64,000 bases of DNA from Eledone cirrhosa (GCA_964016885.1 OZ024740.1:321656001-321720000), one strand, 5' to 3'. Shown: positions 49,759-63,435, counted from the first letter of the stretch. Program-made: numbers and translations. Notes: generated by a model from the sequence alone, not told the origin.

Positions 49759-50915
49759 GTAAGTAGAAACATTGATTTGTTTACCTTGTTACCATATTTC
49801 TAATGAAAAGCACTGCTTTTGATTTTCATTAAATTCTGAAAATAATCAAGAATTTGGAGAGATGTAATTAAAGTTATTTAATTACATCTCTCCAAATTCT
49901 TGATTATTTTCAGAATTTAATGAAAATCAAAAGCAGTGTCTTTCTCATTATTAAGTTGGTGTTTTGAACATAACTTAACAAAGGTTCTTCTATATAGTTA
50001 TGATGGAATGCTTTTAGATACATATACACACTGTAAAACAAATAGTTCTATATCATAGAACCAAGGGAGGTGTCAAGCAGTTTAGTAGTGTTAATAATTT
50101 CTTATTTAGGCCTCCATGGTGAGTATGAATCCCATTGTGGGGCCTGTAAGGCTTACCTCTGCTTTAACAGGTTAACTGACTTTATAATGCTTATTTGTAA
50201 GTAATTTTAGACTCTGTTCATATCCAGCCTCACTGTTATTTAACTCTACACAAACTGGAGTGAATTAAAGCCTCATCCACGCATGATGGTTTATAGAAGA
50301 ATTAACTTTTATTTACATAGCTTTGATTTGAACATGAAAACTTGAGTTTCCATATTTGAGATTACATTTTATTTATAGGTAGAGTTGTTAGTGTTGGATT
50401 GAATCCTTCTCTTACTCTGAATTCAACTCCTATCAAATTCAACTTTACCTTTCACCCTCTTGGGAGTCAGTAAATAAAGAACCAATTGGTGAAATTGTTA
50501 AAAAATCATACAGGATGTTTTACAGTATCTGATCTGACTCTGTATGTTCTGAGTTCAAATTCCACATCTTACTACTAGGAGTTCCAACAGACAGATAGTA
50601 TCAGCAATGGAAAGACTAATGGAAACATTGTTTCCCCCAGTCCAATCTGATTATGAGATCTTTCCTTCTACCAATGGTTTCAACAGGTTAATAGTATCGG
50701 TAATGGAAAGACCAAAGGAAACATTGTTTACTTGATCTGATCTGATGATCAACTCCTTTCTTCTGCTAGAAGTTGAGACCAGCAGATAGTCTCATCATTG
50801 GAAAGACTAATGGAAACATCATCATTTAACATCTATTAAACAGTTTTTCGTTATTCCAATCTAGCGATCAGCTCCTTCCTTTTTTATTTATTTATGTTTG
50901 TTTCTCCCCTTACAG

Positions 50916-51043
50916 ACAAAAACCACAACAGCAATGGGTTTGAACTCAGTGAGACTGAGGTTGAAATCTGGTTACTCAAAGCATCTTTATTCCGGCAAAT
51001 TTTTGATACCGTTTTCTTCAAATGTTTCAACTTGATAACAGAT
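50916..51043 (+). CDS. MEAK7: MEAK7 coding exon 4
   Basis: CCCCTTACAG|AC...GAT|GTAAGT; EVEIWLLKASLF; phase 1/0. Confidence 0.82.
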
Positions 51044-51474
51044 GTAAGTATTCAGGTTTCTCTGACATCTTCTGGTATTCTTTAACTCTTAACATCTTGT
51101 ATTAGGTTTATTAGTTAAATATATCTTTATTTTGAGACAGATTGTTGTAAAAATTTGCAGTATTAGAATAAAGACTTTAATTTTATGATGCAGCCATAGT
51201 GCTATTTTGTACTTCTCAAAAATGTCTTTCTGATGTGGTTTCATGTGGTTTGTTAATTCAAATGTTTGCAGTGTATTTACTGTAATAACAGTTTATGTTG
51301 GTGTAGTACTGTAATAACAGTTTGTCAGTGTAGAACTAACTGATTATGTCAGTGTAGTACTAATGTTTATTTTGGTGTGGTACTAACTGTTTAAGTTAGT
51401 AAAGTACTTTAATAATCATTTTTTTCTGTAAATGACTTTTATTATATCCTTATTGATGAATTTATTTTTTCCAG

Positions 51475-51796
51475 TTAAATATCCAGGATGCAAGTGCCTC
51501 TTCTGTATTGGAACGTCAAATAATTCCTCTGCCTCATGTTACTGGAGTGAACTGGAACAAATTTAACACTCTTCTTGATTTCTCATCTTTAGTTTACCTT
51601 TCTCATCATTTACCCAGAGAGCTCTCTGTCAAATGGACCCTCTTATTCAGTAGTCGTATCCATGGCAACAGTTTTTCTCAGCTAATCTCGTATATTCTAA
51701 ACAAAGGTCCTACTGTGTTAATTGTCCAAGACAAAGATAAACATTGTTTTGGTGGTATAACCAACTGCAGCTGGCAACTTAGAGCAAAGTTTTATG
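51475..51796 (+). CDS. MEAK7: MEAK7 coding exon 5 (TLDc N-terminal part)
   Basis: TTCCAG|TTA...TATG|GTGCGT; WTLLFSSRIHGNSFSQL...GPTVLIVQDKDKHCFGG...KFYG. Confidence 0.93.
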
Positions 51797-52361
51797 GTGC
51801 GTATACATTTTTACTTCAAATACTGTATAGAATCTATTTATATTTGTCATAAGTTGTAAGAGCTGACCTCAAAATGCTGAAATTCATGGAGTTTGATTGT
51901 TTATGGATGTCATTTATTTATTGATATATTTATAACAAAGGAGTGGGAAAAGTTCAGGGAGCTGTTACATTTGAAGGCAACAAAAAGATTCTTTCTCTAA
52001 GTGAGGGGAAAATTATATGATCCCTGGCCTGGATATGAAGTGTGATGTTGCATGGTAGTGAGACATGAGCAGTGATTGCAGAGAATGTGTGAAAGATTGA
52101 AGAAACAATTGGATAAATAAGGCATCAGATGCAGTATGTAAGAAAGATAGTACAGATGTAGATATGTGGTGCATATGGATGATGATTGTTTGGGGAAGAA
52201 GTGCTAGAAGTACCAAGTGGAAAGACATTGTAGATGAAACCAAAGAAGACATGGGCATAAGTGGTGAGAGCTGATAATGATCATTAGATGAAGAAATTCC
52301 AGGAATTTCAAGTGGGAGGATGTTGTGGTAGATGGAACTAAGAAAGACATGGGCCTAAGTG

Positions 52362-55300
52362 CAGTGGCGTAACTAGCTTTTAAAGCCAGGGGGCGCAAAT
52401 TCGATATAAAGGGGGCCCACCAATTCCATACGCTCATTTCCATCGGCTGCAAGGAAATATGTTCATATACGCATATAGAATAGATAATAATTTATAATAG
52501 AGTAGACAGCATCATAGATTACAGAGTTAGCATGTTCCGTGAAAACTTTATTAACTGCGAAGACGGTGGTCTATCTTCAGAAAAAAAACAACATCCAATA
52601 AAACTAGTTTTGCAATCGATTATTCACCAACAAAAATTCGTATGTACAACAAATCATCTAAAACTTTACTTTCATATTCGAGCCTATCACTTGTTCTACA
52701 GTTCTAATTTGTGATGTTTTACTTTAGAAAATGTTTCAACCACGATGCTGAAGTCAATATTTTCAGCCAGTTCTCGCTCTATGTACATCATTGCCAGAGC
52801 ATTCAACCGCTCTTCACTCATGGTACTACGCAAATAATTCTTTATCAGTTTGAGCCTGCTGAAGGTTCGCTCAGCCTGCGCCGAGCTAACCGGAATAGTT
52901 ATGAACATTTTGTATAAGGCAAATATGTTCGGATAGGCTCTATCTAAGTCATTAGAAATCATAAACGGAACGATCTCAGAACTCGATATGGATTTATCTA
53001 AACACACTTCCTTGTAAAAATCTTTGAATGATAAATACTCATCGAAGATAGTGTCATTTTCGATGTCACCCTCGTAGAATTTCACAAGATTATCGATTCT
53101 CTCTCTATTGCATGTGTCGTCGTCGAAGTGCGCCGGTATCAAGCACGAAAAATCCTTCACTAGATCGTGCAAGTCGGTAAAACGTTCGTTAAAGCTACTA
53201 ATGATTCTATCTAAGATAGTGAAATAAACGTCCCGTTTAAAATGCTGACTCATCGTCTCATGAAGTTCGTCACTGGCATTTTCGTCATGAAAACACTTCT
53301 TTTTCCTTTTCCGTTTTTCTGTTGTAAACTCTGGTTCAACTTGACATTGCTCGGCGAGATTTTTAGCGTCTGATAATGTTCGGTCAAAATATTCATTTGA
53401 GCGGATGTCTTCAATTTCTTTTACTACATTTCTAATCATGACGTCCATGGAATATAAGTCGATAGCCTCCTCCTGCAAATATTGTGAAACAGAATGCAGC
53501 TTTTTAAGTAAATTCTGAAAAAACTTCAACATGAAAATGAATTCAAACTTGCTCACATTTAGTAGCAAACCTCTGGCCTCGGCTAATACTTTCGGAGCAG
53601 TGTTGTGAACATCCCCACTTATCTTCTCTAGTGCACTTATTACTGCCGGTAAGTTGTTAATGGTAGCCTCTACAGCCTGAATGTGACTAAACCAGTGCGT
53701 ATCTGAGAGTCTTTTTAATGTTAATACCGTTGAAGTCAATAGTTTTTCTTGTTCTTCTTCGAGGATTTTCAGCCTTGGCAAGCTTGATGTTAAGAAAACA
53801 TACAGGCTCTCCAATATACCAAAAAATAATTTACCATCCACTGACGATTGGCTAACATCGATTAACAGCAGGCTCAGGTTATGAGTGCAACAATGGATGT
53901 AAACAGCTTTCGAAGAACATCCCTCTTTAACTCTAGCCTGAAGCCCAGAAATATGGCCGGACATATTCGACGCTCCGTCGTAAGCTTGTCCACTAATATA
54001 TTGAGCATCCAAGGATAGATTCTGGAAAAGAACTTTCACAAGCGTATCGTAAAATGATTCAGTGGCTGCTGATTCTAGTTCACAAAACGACAGGAAATGC
54101 TCCTGTGCGTGGCCACTTTTCGATACATATCGCAGTGACACAGAGCATTGATCCTGATGCGAAATGTCTATTGTGGAATCGACGATGACTGAATAGTATT
54201 TTGCCGCTTTCACTTCCGTGATTATTTGTTGAGTACATTCGTTTGCCAGGCATTCTATGAATCCGTTTTGTAATTTTGGACTTAAGTACATAGGCTGTCT
54301 TTTAGTGCGCCCAGGCGAGAATAAATGGCTTTCCAAGATCGTATCATACTTGGCCATCAATTTCAACAATTCAATAAAGTTTCCTTCATTTTCTGATTTG
54401 GCGCCAAGTCCAGCATATTCCCTGTGACCTCTGAAGGCCAAGCCTTGTTTTGCGAGAAATAACGTACAATCAAGCAATCGCCTCAATATCTGGCGATTTC
54501 GTTCAATTCGCTTCTTCTCTTCATGGATGAGGTTATCGGTCACTGTTTTATCTGCGTCCAAACGATATTTTGTCATGAAGTATTGCTTTTGTGCATTGAT
54601 GTGAATGGCACTTTTCTCATGCTTGGCAATTTTTTCGAGTCCCTTCTTGAAGTTTTCCATCCCACACTCTGGATTACCCAAGTCTTCGAGTAAGATTCAG
54701 CATTTTTATCAGCAAACGGCCAACAACAAAAGCAATATAGTCTGTTGGATTCAGGAGAGTATACTAACCAGTGTCGGTCAACTTTATGGATTCCAGCACA
54801 CTTTCTCTTGTACCAACTGATGTTGAATTTTCTGTGGTTCGAGTCGAGAGGGAAATCAGCAAAATTATCTTTCAATCCTGGCATGAGGGCGCGAATTAGA
54901 GGTGTCGTCAATGGTCTGTCCTCGAAATGTTTCGGGTCGCTTGGATACTTCTCTTGTAAATTCAATATACATTCTACTGGCTCATACTCTGGGATTTGTT
55001 TTGCCAATGTAGTTTCCTCTGAATCATTTTCATTTTCAGATTCCGATACAGCCATTTTTCCCTCTATTGAGTTCGGATCCCCAGTTAGAACTACATCTCC
55101 AGTGACTACAACGGTTGTTGAGATAGTCGACGGACTAAGGCATCTTCGACGTCAGGTTCTCGTGACTCTCCAGTGCTTTTCTGTTTCTCCAGTTCATCTG
55201 ACCAGACCGACTCGCCGGAAATTCCGGCAGTTACGTTGCTTTGAGATGCGTCACTACTTGTTGACGAAGACTATTGACTTTTCAGAAAACTTGTGATTAG

Positions 55301-56618
55301 ATGACATTTCTTTGCAGATTCTTCTGTGGCAGCTTGTCTAACTTCTCTCCTCTTTGTTGCTCCAGTTTTGTAAGTTTTTTTTAAGGCAGCATTGTTAATG
55401 AGCACTATATTGACACTGTTTTCCAGTGGCTTTGTCTTTAAAAAAAATTCTTCCTTTTTCTTTTTTCTTTTTATTTTTCTATAAGTCTTTAAGTGCCGAA
55501 ATAGCTTGTGAATAGAAAGCCACTTCACTTATCGCATTTCTCTGGTCCTGGCAAAGTCGTTGGCTGGTTTTCCTCTCTTCCACGTGTGTACAATCCAGCT
55601 CGCCGATCGCAGCCTCAAATCGCACGTCTGTCTCAGTCCGATGACCGCCGTAGAAGAGAAAGGGGCCTCTCAAGCTGACGTCACATCTGTTTGCCCTTCC
55701 GGTTGAGCATGCTTCTGGTCAAGCATGCCCAGCCTCCGGCCACTACACACCACACCATACCCACAATGAGCACTATATTGACACACTTGGAATAATACAA
55801 TTTGCTTGATTTGATATTCAACACTGAAGAATGTAAAACGCGTCAAATAATCGACGAAAAACAAAACATAGAGCAAAAGTCCAGGAAATGTTGCAAATAC
55901 CTAATTGTTCTAAAATGTGACTAATGATAAAAAGTAACAACATAAATAAAAATATTATATATATTTTTTCTATATATACACACAATATATAGATATATAT
56001 ATTTGTTTGTATATACTCAGGCATAATTATACTTTTAATTAAATATTAGGTTAAAAACCTGAGTATCGAGAATAACATAAGCATGTATTACAACATTTCA
56101 AACAAATAGAATAATATAGAATTTAGATATTAAATCATTTATTTATATTTACAAATCAAAGAATATAATAATCGGTTTTTAATGAGATCCCTGTGATTGA
56201 TGCAAGGCTACTAATTTGTCAATGAATGGTGTGAAAGACGTTAGAGTCGTAAATCACCTCTTCTTTCTATATCAAGGCGATTTTGACTTTTTGAAAGCAG
56301 ATGCATCACCTGACTGAAACCTGACTCAACTAAATAAGATGTGGGGAAAGCAAGTAAAAAAAATTTAACGTTTTTATTCGACGGAATATTGTCAACACTT
56401 TTTTTTAGATGCAGTTGCCATTTTATCCGAAATATTATATTTTTAAAATAAACAAGAGATTGGTCTTAATTTCTCGTCTTATTAGAGATTAAGCGTTTTC
56501 TTGTTGTTGTAGTTAAGGATTTGTAATTACATGTGTAATAAGTTGTGTTTAGAATTATAGCCGAGGGGGCCCACCTAGACCGACAGGAAAGCCAGGGGGG
56601 CACCCCCCGTTAGTTATG
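52362..56618 (-). mobile_element. hAT DNA transposon (Tip100/ZMYM1-like transposase) with 8-bp TSD, in MEAK7 intron 5
   Basis: Left TIR CAGTGGCGTAACTA; right TIR TAGTTATG, truncated; TSD CCTAAGTG at 52354-52361 and 56619-56626; it splits an RTE 3' relic. Confidence 0.92.
52696..55392 (-). pseudogene. hAT transposase (TTF-type Zn finger, DUF4371-like region, DDE, dimerisation domain), frameshifted in the N-terminal part
   Basis: WLVYSPESNRLYCFCC; LAFRGH; VDSTID; YDGASNMSG; HCCTH; SSAQAERTFS; 661-aa open C-terminal frame; probable start MLP(K)KTYKTGATKRR at 55392. Confidence 0.9.
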
Positions 56619-56822
56619 CCTAAGTGATGAGAGTTGATCTCAAAACACTGCACCTCACAGAGGAGATAAAAAGGGGGAAGAAAGCTGTGCTGGGAAGGAA
56701 CCATTCTAAATCATGTAAGCATGGAAAGGTAGATGTAAAAATGATGATGATGATATAATGGATATTGATATATTGATTCAGTAGATATTGATTTCTTCTA
56801 AACTTTATCAATATATTTTCAG

Positions 56823-56941
56823 GCTCCCATGATTGTCGTCTCTTCTCTCTGAGACCCAATCTTGCTATATATTTACCATCTGGTTATAATGACCACTTCA
56901 TGTACATGAACCAAGGACAGCAAACCATTCCAAATGGAATT
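56823..56941 (+). CDS. MEAK7: MEAK7 coding exon 6 (not in ORF track)
   Basis: TTTTCAG|GC...ATT|GTAAGT; SHDCRLFSLRPNLAIYLPSGYNDHFMYMNQGQQTIPNGI; phase 1/0. Confidence 0.93.
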
Positions 56942-56998
56942 GTAAGTTGATTGATTGATTCATACGTTTAGTGTCTTCTTCAGTACTGACACAGGGTT

Positions 56999-57438
<440 letters not shown>

Positions 57439-57547
57439 TCACTGTAATATAATATAATATAATATATATATAGTACAAACTTGGTATAAATATGCTAGGA
57501 TTTAGAGCACTCTGTCTGTGAGGGAAGTTATGTATAATCAGTTACAA

Positions 57548-57664
57548 CAGTGGCATATGCAAATATTTAAGTTCTATTGGGTTTAATGCCAATTCATTCA
57601 GTCTGCCAGACTGAATGAATTGGCATTAAACCCAATGAAACTTAAGTATCTGAATATGCCACTG
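57548..57664. mobile_element. 117-bp fold-back (palindromic) element with hAT-like ends
   Basis: CAGTGGCATAT...ATATGCCACTG with a near-perfect internal palindrome; no TSD seen. Confidence 0.65.
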
Positions 57665-57773
57665 ATTTGTGTGTGTGTGTGGGGGGGGGGGGGGGAGGAC
57701 CCATAGAAAGCTTGCCAAACAAAGAAGACTTTTCAGTTGTGTCAAGGGTATGAAAACCTTTCTAATGTTGGTG

Positions 57774-57853
57774 ATCTAAAAGATAAATGATCTAAAAGAT
57801 AAATGATCTAAAAGATAAATGATCTAAAAGATAAATGATCTAAAAGATAAATG
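57774..57853. repeat. 16-bp tandem repeat GATCTAAAAGATAAAT x5
   Basis: Directly visible. Confidence 0.9.
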
Positions 57854-58444
57854 CACCCAGTACACCATGTCAAGTGGTTAGATGGGTTGTCACATTCTGA
57901 AACACATTAAGTCCAAAGACCATTTCTTGCTCATATGGATGTGTATTTTGGCAAGGTTTCTACAGTTGGATGCATTTCTTAATGTCAACCACCTTACAGA
58001 GTGTACTAGGAGCATATTATATATGGAATATGTCTCTCTCACCCACTGCCACACCCACATGATCCTTACAATATTAGAACTTTGTCCCTTCAATCCTTTG
58101 TCCCTTCAATCCTTAACAAATTCTTTCTGTATCATGCGATTTACATAGGCATTCCTGACTCCCTCATCTCTCATTCCCTATGTTGTGTCTTCTCACTCTC
58201 TTCTCTTTAACCCCTACATCCGGTTGTTCCTGCTCAGAACATTGTTGGTTCTCTAGAACATCCTTCCTGTTCATCTCTCTTCAAAAGGAGTAGACCTGCA
58301 ACAATTTAAACAGAACATCAATGGTATCTGTCTTTCCAATCTTGGAGAGCCCTTGAAGGTTATGAGCACTGTCCCTTCCACCAGACCTACCACGTAAAAA
58401 CAAAAAAAATGTTATGTTTCAGTAAAGTTTCTGTTATATTTCAG

Positions 58445-58627
58445 GGTATGGGTGGACAGCTGCATTACTTTGGTTTATGGATTGATGACAATTTCAACAC
58501 TGGTCACAGTAAGGCCATTCCAAAGTGCACCACATACAACAGTCCTCAGTTATCAGCACAATCAGAGTTTCATGTTGATGCCATTGAAGTATGGAGTATT
58601 CAAACTTTAGTTCCGGAAGCATCACAG
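58445..58627 (+). CDS. MEAK7: MEAK7 coding exon 7 (TLDc C-terminal part)
   Basis: TTTCAG|GGT...CAG|GTACAA; GMGGQLHYFGLWID...CTTYNSPQLS...IEVW. Confidence 0.95.
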
Positions 58628-59764
58628 GTACAAAGTGAAATTCTTCAATATCTTTTAAGTTCTGACAATCATTTTAACCCTTTCATTACCATATTTCTAA
58701 TAAAAGACATTGTCTATGATTTTCAAATAATTTATAGAATTTAGTGAAATAACAATCTAATTCATTATTAAGCTGCTCTTTGGAACATAAAGTTTCTCGC
58801 ATAAAATTATGAAAGGTTTTTAGATAAATATAAATACTTTGTCTTTTCTAACCCTCTTTCTAATGAAATAGACTTTGATTTTCAATTAATTCTGAGAATT
58901 TGGAAGGATTTGGTGAAATAAATACTTTACTCATTAATCTGGTATTTGAAACATAACAAAGGTTCTTGTATAAAATTATGATGGAAAGATTTAGATAAAT
59001 ATAAACATTTAAAAAAAAACATCTTTCTATCATAAAATCATGGCTGATCACTGGAAGTTTGGTATGAAAAAGGTTCGATGTCAGGTAATCAGATCTGGCC
59101 CTTCCTTTAATGTCCATTAGATATTGGAAGAACCTCATTACTTTAAAATGTTGTAAATGGAACATATGAGCAAGACACGGTTTCCTGATTAATCTAGTCT
59201 CAGATCCTAATAACACATCCAACTCATGCCAGCATAGAAAGCAGTCATAAAACAATGATAGTATCATCATCATTATCGTTTAATGTCCATTTTCCACACT
59301 TTCATGGGTTAGACAGGTTGTTGCATTATGAGATAGTCAGGTCAGGAGACCATTTCTTACAGATCTGTATTTTAGCTCAGTTTCTATGGTGGATGTTCTT
59401 CCTAACACCAACCACATTACAATGTGGACTAGGTGATTTTTATCATGGCACCAAAATAACCATCTAACAGGGTTTTTGTTGTGTCACAAGCATGACCACC
59501 TTATAGGGTGGACTGGGCTCTTTCCGTCATGTCATCCACATAACCATCATTACAGATTGAGCATCATAATTTATTTAACATCTATTTTTCCATGTTGGCA
59601 TGGGTTGGATGGGTTGTCACGGACAGTCATTACTTAAACAGACTCACTGTTCTCATACCAACAGGCTGAGGATCCACATCTCATTTGTTTGTTTCCTTGT
59701 TTTAATAGGATCCCCTTTCTGTATATATATATAAATAACATGTTTATTTTTAAATTTGTTTCAG

Positions 59765-59875
59765 GGAGGCGGCAGTATTCTAGATGGGAATGTTGATGCC
59801 AAAGCAATGTTGGATATGATTGGGAAGGAGCGACACAGTGAAGGTTTCCGGAATCCAGATAACGAGTCATTGTGA
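59765..59875 (+). CDS. MEAK7: MEAK7 terminal coding exon 8 (not in ORF track)
   Basis: TTTCAG|GGA; GGGSILDGNVDAKAMLDMIGKERHSEGFRNPDNESL*, matching the MEAK7-type SILD...HSEG.R tail. The spliced CDS is 1413 nt (470 aa). Confidence 0.9.
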   Translation, partial: GGGSILDGNVDAKAMLDMIGKERHSEGFRNPDNESL

Positions 59876-62129
59876 CAGAGTGAAGACTTGGGGAGCTCAG
59901 AGGAGTCACCGTGACTGGGTTTGTGGAGTCACAATGATGAATCATAGTGACAGAGCAAAGGTTTGTGGAGTCATGTTGAGGAGTGATTGTGACAGTGATG
60001 GTTTGTGGAGTCATGTAAAGGAGTCATTGTGACTGAAAGTTTGTGATGTTGAGGAGTCATTGTGACTGAAAGTTTGTGATGTTGAGGAGTCATTGTGACA
60101 GTGAAGGTTTGTGACATCACAATGACTCATTACTGTGACAATGAAGGCATGAGGAGTTGAGATAGTGAGTCATTGTGACAGTGTGATGGTTTGTGATGTC
60201 ACAATGATGAATCAACTGTGACAGAGCGAAGAGTTTCCACAGTTCCAATTGAGACATTATAACAGAGCTTATTATGAGTAAATTTTTCTTTTACATTGCC
60301 ACAACAGAAGATGACAAATCTTCTTGATGAAACGGTCCAATTCATGCATTATTATTTATTTTGCTTTAACAAACAAATATTACCTTTAATATATAATTGA
60401 AAAAAACAACATAAAACAATTCTGTACATAATTAGTTTCTCTTTTAGTTACAGATAATAATAATAATAATATTGTATTCTTGTTGCTATCTTCTCAATCC
60501 ATAAAGCTTCATAAAGGCATTATTTCAGCTGCTTCTGCTAAATTTTATTATAAAGAAAGATACGCAGCTTTATAATTTTATTTTTTCCTATTTCTTTTTT
60601 CTCTCTCGAAATATGAAGCAATACTTTTACTTCCAAGTGCCGCGATTTATTGACACATTAAACTATTGTTTAGTGTAAATTTTGAGATTTACACTGAGGT
60701 TTATCATAATCATCATCATCATCACATCTATTTTCCATGCTTGCATAGGTTAGTCAGATTGTCATGTTCTGAGGCTTGACTGGTCAGCTGATCATGTCTT
60801 GCTCATACATTCCATTTTGGGCTTGGTTTCTATGGCTGGATGCCCTTTCTAATACCAACCACTTTACAGTATGTAACTGGAAGCATTTTATTGTAACTCC
60901 AGCGCTACCACCTCACCAGGTGAACTGGGTACTTTTTGTGGTGGCACCAGCACTACCAAATTACAGACTGGACTGGGTGCTTGTTATCGTGACTCCAGCA
61001 CTACCACTTTACATTATATTGAACAAATAATAGAATTTAATGTTTAAACATCCCCAAATAAAGTTGTATATTAATATAATTTTATTGATTTAATTATCAA
61101 ATAGAAATAATATTTTATTTATTAAATTAAATAAAAAAAAAACCTGTGTTGACAAAGAAAACATTTAATTTTTACCTCCCTCCCGTCCATCTTTCTTTGT
61201 GTTCCCTGTATAACCTTATAATCCCCACAACTCCCTTATCACCACTTACCTCAATCCCCACAACACCTTGTCCACCACTTCATCCTGCCCACATTCCCTA
61301 TTTTATATCACTAAATCCATCTTATTTGGTCTAACATTTCCTTTAGTTTTGTTTTGTCCTTGTTCTGGTTTTAAAATTTGCTTAGTATTATCTGTTTATT
61401 GTTTAGGTGAAAGTGTGGCTCTCCCCTCTTTTTTTCTCTAACAGGCAATGTCTTCTGTATAAATGGGTTTATATTGACCAGCGTCTCAATGACACCCCCC
61501 CCCCCCCACACCCTTTTGTTACCACCAGGTGATGTCTTCCTTCTGTATAAATGGGTTTATACTGACTACAGTCTCACTTATCTCCCTTGTTCCCCCTTTT
61601 CCCAAGTAATGTCTTTGAAAATTGCCTCTATACTGCCTACAATCTCAATTACCTCTACTCGTTGCTGTCTCAATCAGGGTTGTATCTCTCTAAACTGTCT
61701 CGGTACTGGCTACATTTTCTATTATCTTTTCTGTTTTTCTCTCCTCCAAGTGGAGTCTTCTGCCTGAATAGTTTCTATACTGGCTATATTTTCAATTACC
61801 TCCCCTGTTACTCTCTGCTAGATGTTGTCTCCAAATTATCTATACTGGGTACAGTCTCAATTATCTCCCCTCTTACTGTCGTAATTACTTCCCCTGTTAC
61901 CGTCTTAATTACTTCCCCTTTTAACTGTGGCATTTTTCTAAATCGTTTCTTACCAGGCAGCTTTTTACATGATTTAGTTGCATTTATTGTACCATGTCTC
62001 CTGTGTACAACACTCTGGCTGTAGTTACTGTTCTCCGTCTTTGTAAAATAAGTACAAGTGATATTCCGGGGTTGATGTAATTAAATATTCCTTCCTCCAA
62101 AATTGTAACCAATGTTTGCAATTATTATT

Positions 62130-62428
62130 ATTGGTAGAGTTGTTAGTGTCAGACAAATGCTTAACAGTATTTGCTTCGACTCTTTACTTTCTAAGTTCAA
62201 ATCCCACCGAAGTTAACTTTGTCTTTCATCTTTTCTAGGTTCATAAAATAAAGTACCAGTCAAATACTGAGTCAATTTAATTGCTCCCCCCTCACCTACA
62301 AATATGTTGGCTTTGTTCTTAAATTAAAAATTATTATTTTGCCTTTCATCCTTACGGGGTTGATAAAATAAAGTACCAGTAACGAACTGGGTAATTGCTG
62401 GCCTTGTGCCATAAGTAGAAACAATTAT
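62130..62428 (+). mobile_element. Two adjacent SINE copies (one degenerate, one 5'-truncated)
   Basis: B box AAGTTCAAATCCC and core GCCTTTCATCCTTACGGGG...AGTAGAAACAATT. Confidence 0.75.
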
Positions 62429-63400
62429 TATTGGGAGTGGTGATGGCAGAATCAGTAGAGCATTGATATGTATCTTGTGGTATTAATGTGTCTTTTTATA
62501 TCCTGATTTTAAATCCAGCAGGAGTTAATCTTTTTTGTCCCCTCCATCCTTCTTCACACAAATTAAGTAACAGTCATGTACAGGGGTAACTATACCACTC
62601 CACCTTAAATATCTAGACAAGAACCAATGTTAGAAATCATTATTTTTCAAGGAAGAATAGGTGAAGGCACCTAGTCTTATAGTTAAGGTGTTGCACTCCA
62701 GATCATAAGGTCGTGGGTTTGATTTCTGGACCAAGCGGTGTGTTGTGTTCTTGAGCAAGACGCTTCATTTTACATTGCTTTTCATAAGACTGCAGTTGCT
62801 ATTATTAAAACACCCCAAAATTCTCCCATGAAATGAAACCTCATAGGAGACCAGCAAAACTTGCATAGGTGTGAGCTGTAACAACACACACATATATGTG
62901 TGATAGGAATGGGACCTATATCATTAAACATATGAGAAATCTCTTATATGATGAAACCTGTATAGTTGTGAGCTGTAACAACATTTATTATGTATGTGTG
63001 ATAAAGGTTGGGGACCTTATAAAAACACCCAAGAAACCTTAAGAAATGCAACCTTGTAGGAGGCCAGGTAAGCTTTTGTAGGTGTGAGCTCATTTCCAAA
63101 GCACAAGGCACAATAGCTGAGTGGACACAGTAAGAGAGACTAAATGGGTTGTGAGTTTGTAGCTCTGTGTTACTTATGTTTCACATTTAGCATTTTCAAA
63201 ATGTAAACTTTTATATAAATCAAAAACAATCAAATATTAATCTGAAGAAAAATAAAAGAGTATTCTTTATTCCATATATGGTCATTTTATGTCTATACTG
63301 TAGATTGGCTGGAGCAGAACTGTCCAAATGTTACTTAATGTCTATAGCACGAGACTGAAGTAAAGAAGTCCATTTACTTGTCCACCTAGCTTTTGTGCAA

Positions 63401-63435
<35 letters not shown>

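Noticed and set aside
52696-54681. Domesticated ZMYM1-like host gene
   Set aside because: It is bounded by a TIR and TSD, intronless and frameshifted, so it is a transposon copy.
60300-60345. CAGAAGA...GAAACGGTC hammerhead-like string
   Set aside because: The core is mutated and stems I and II do not pair convincingly.
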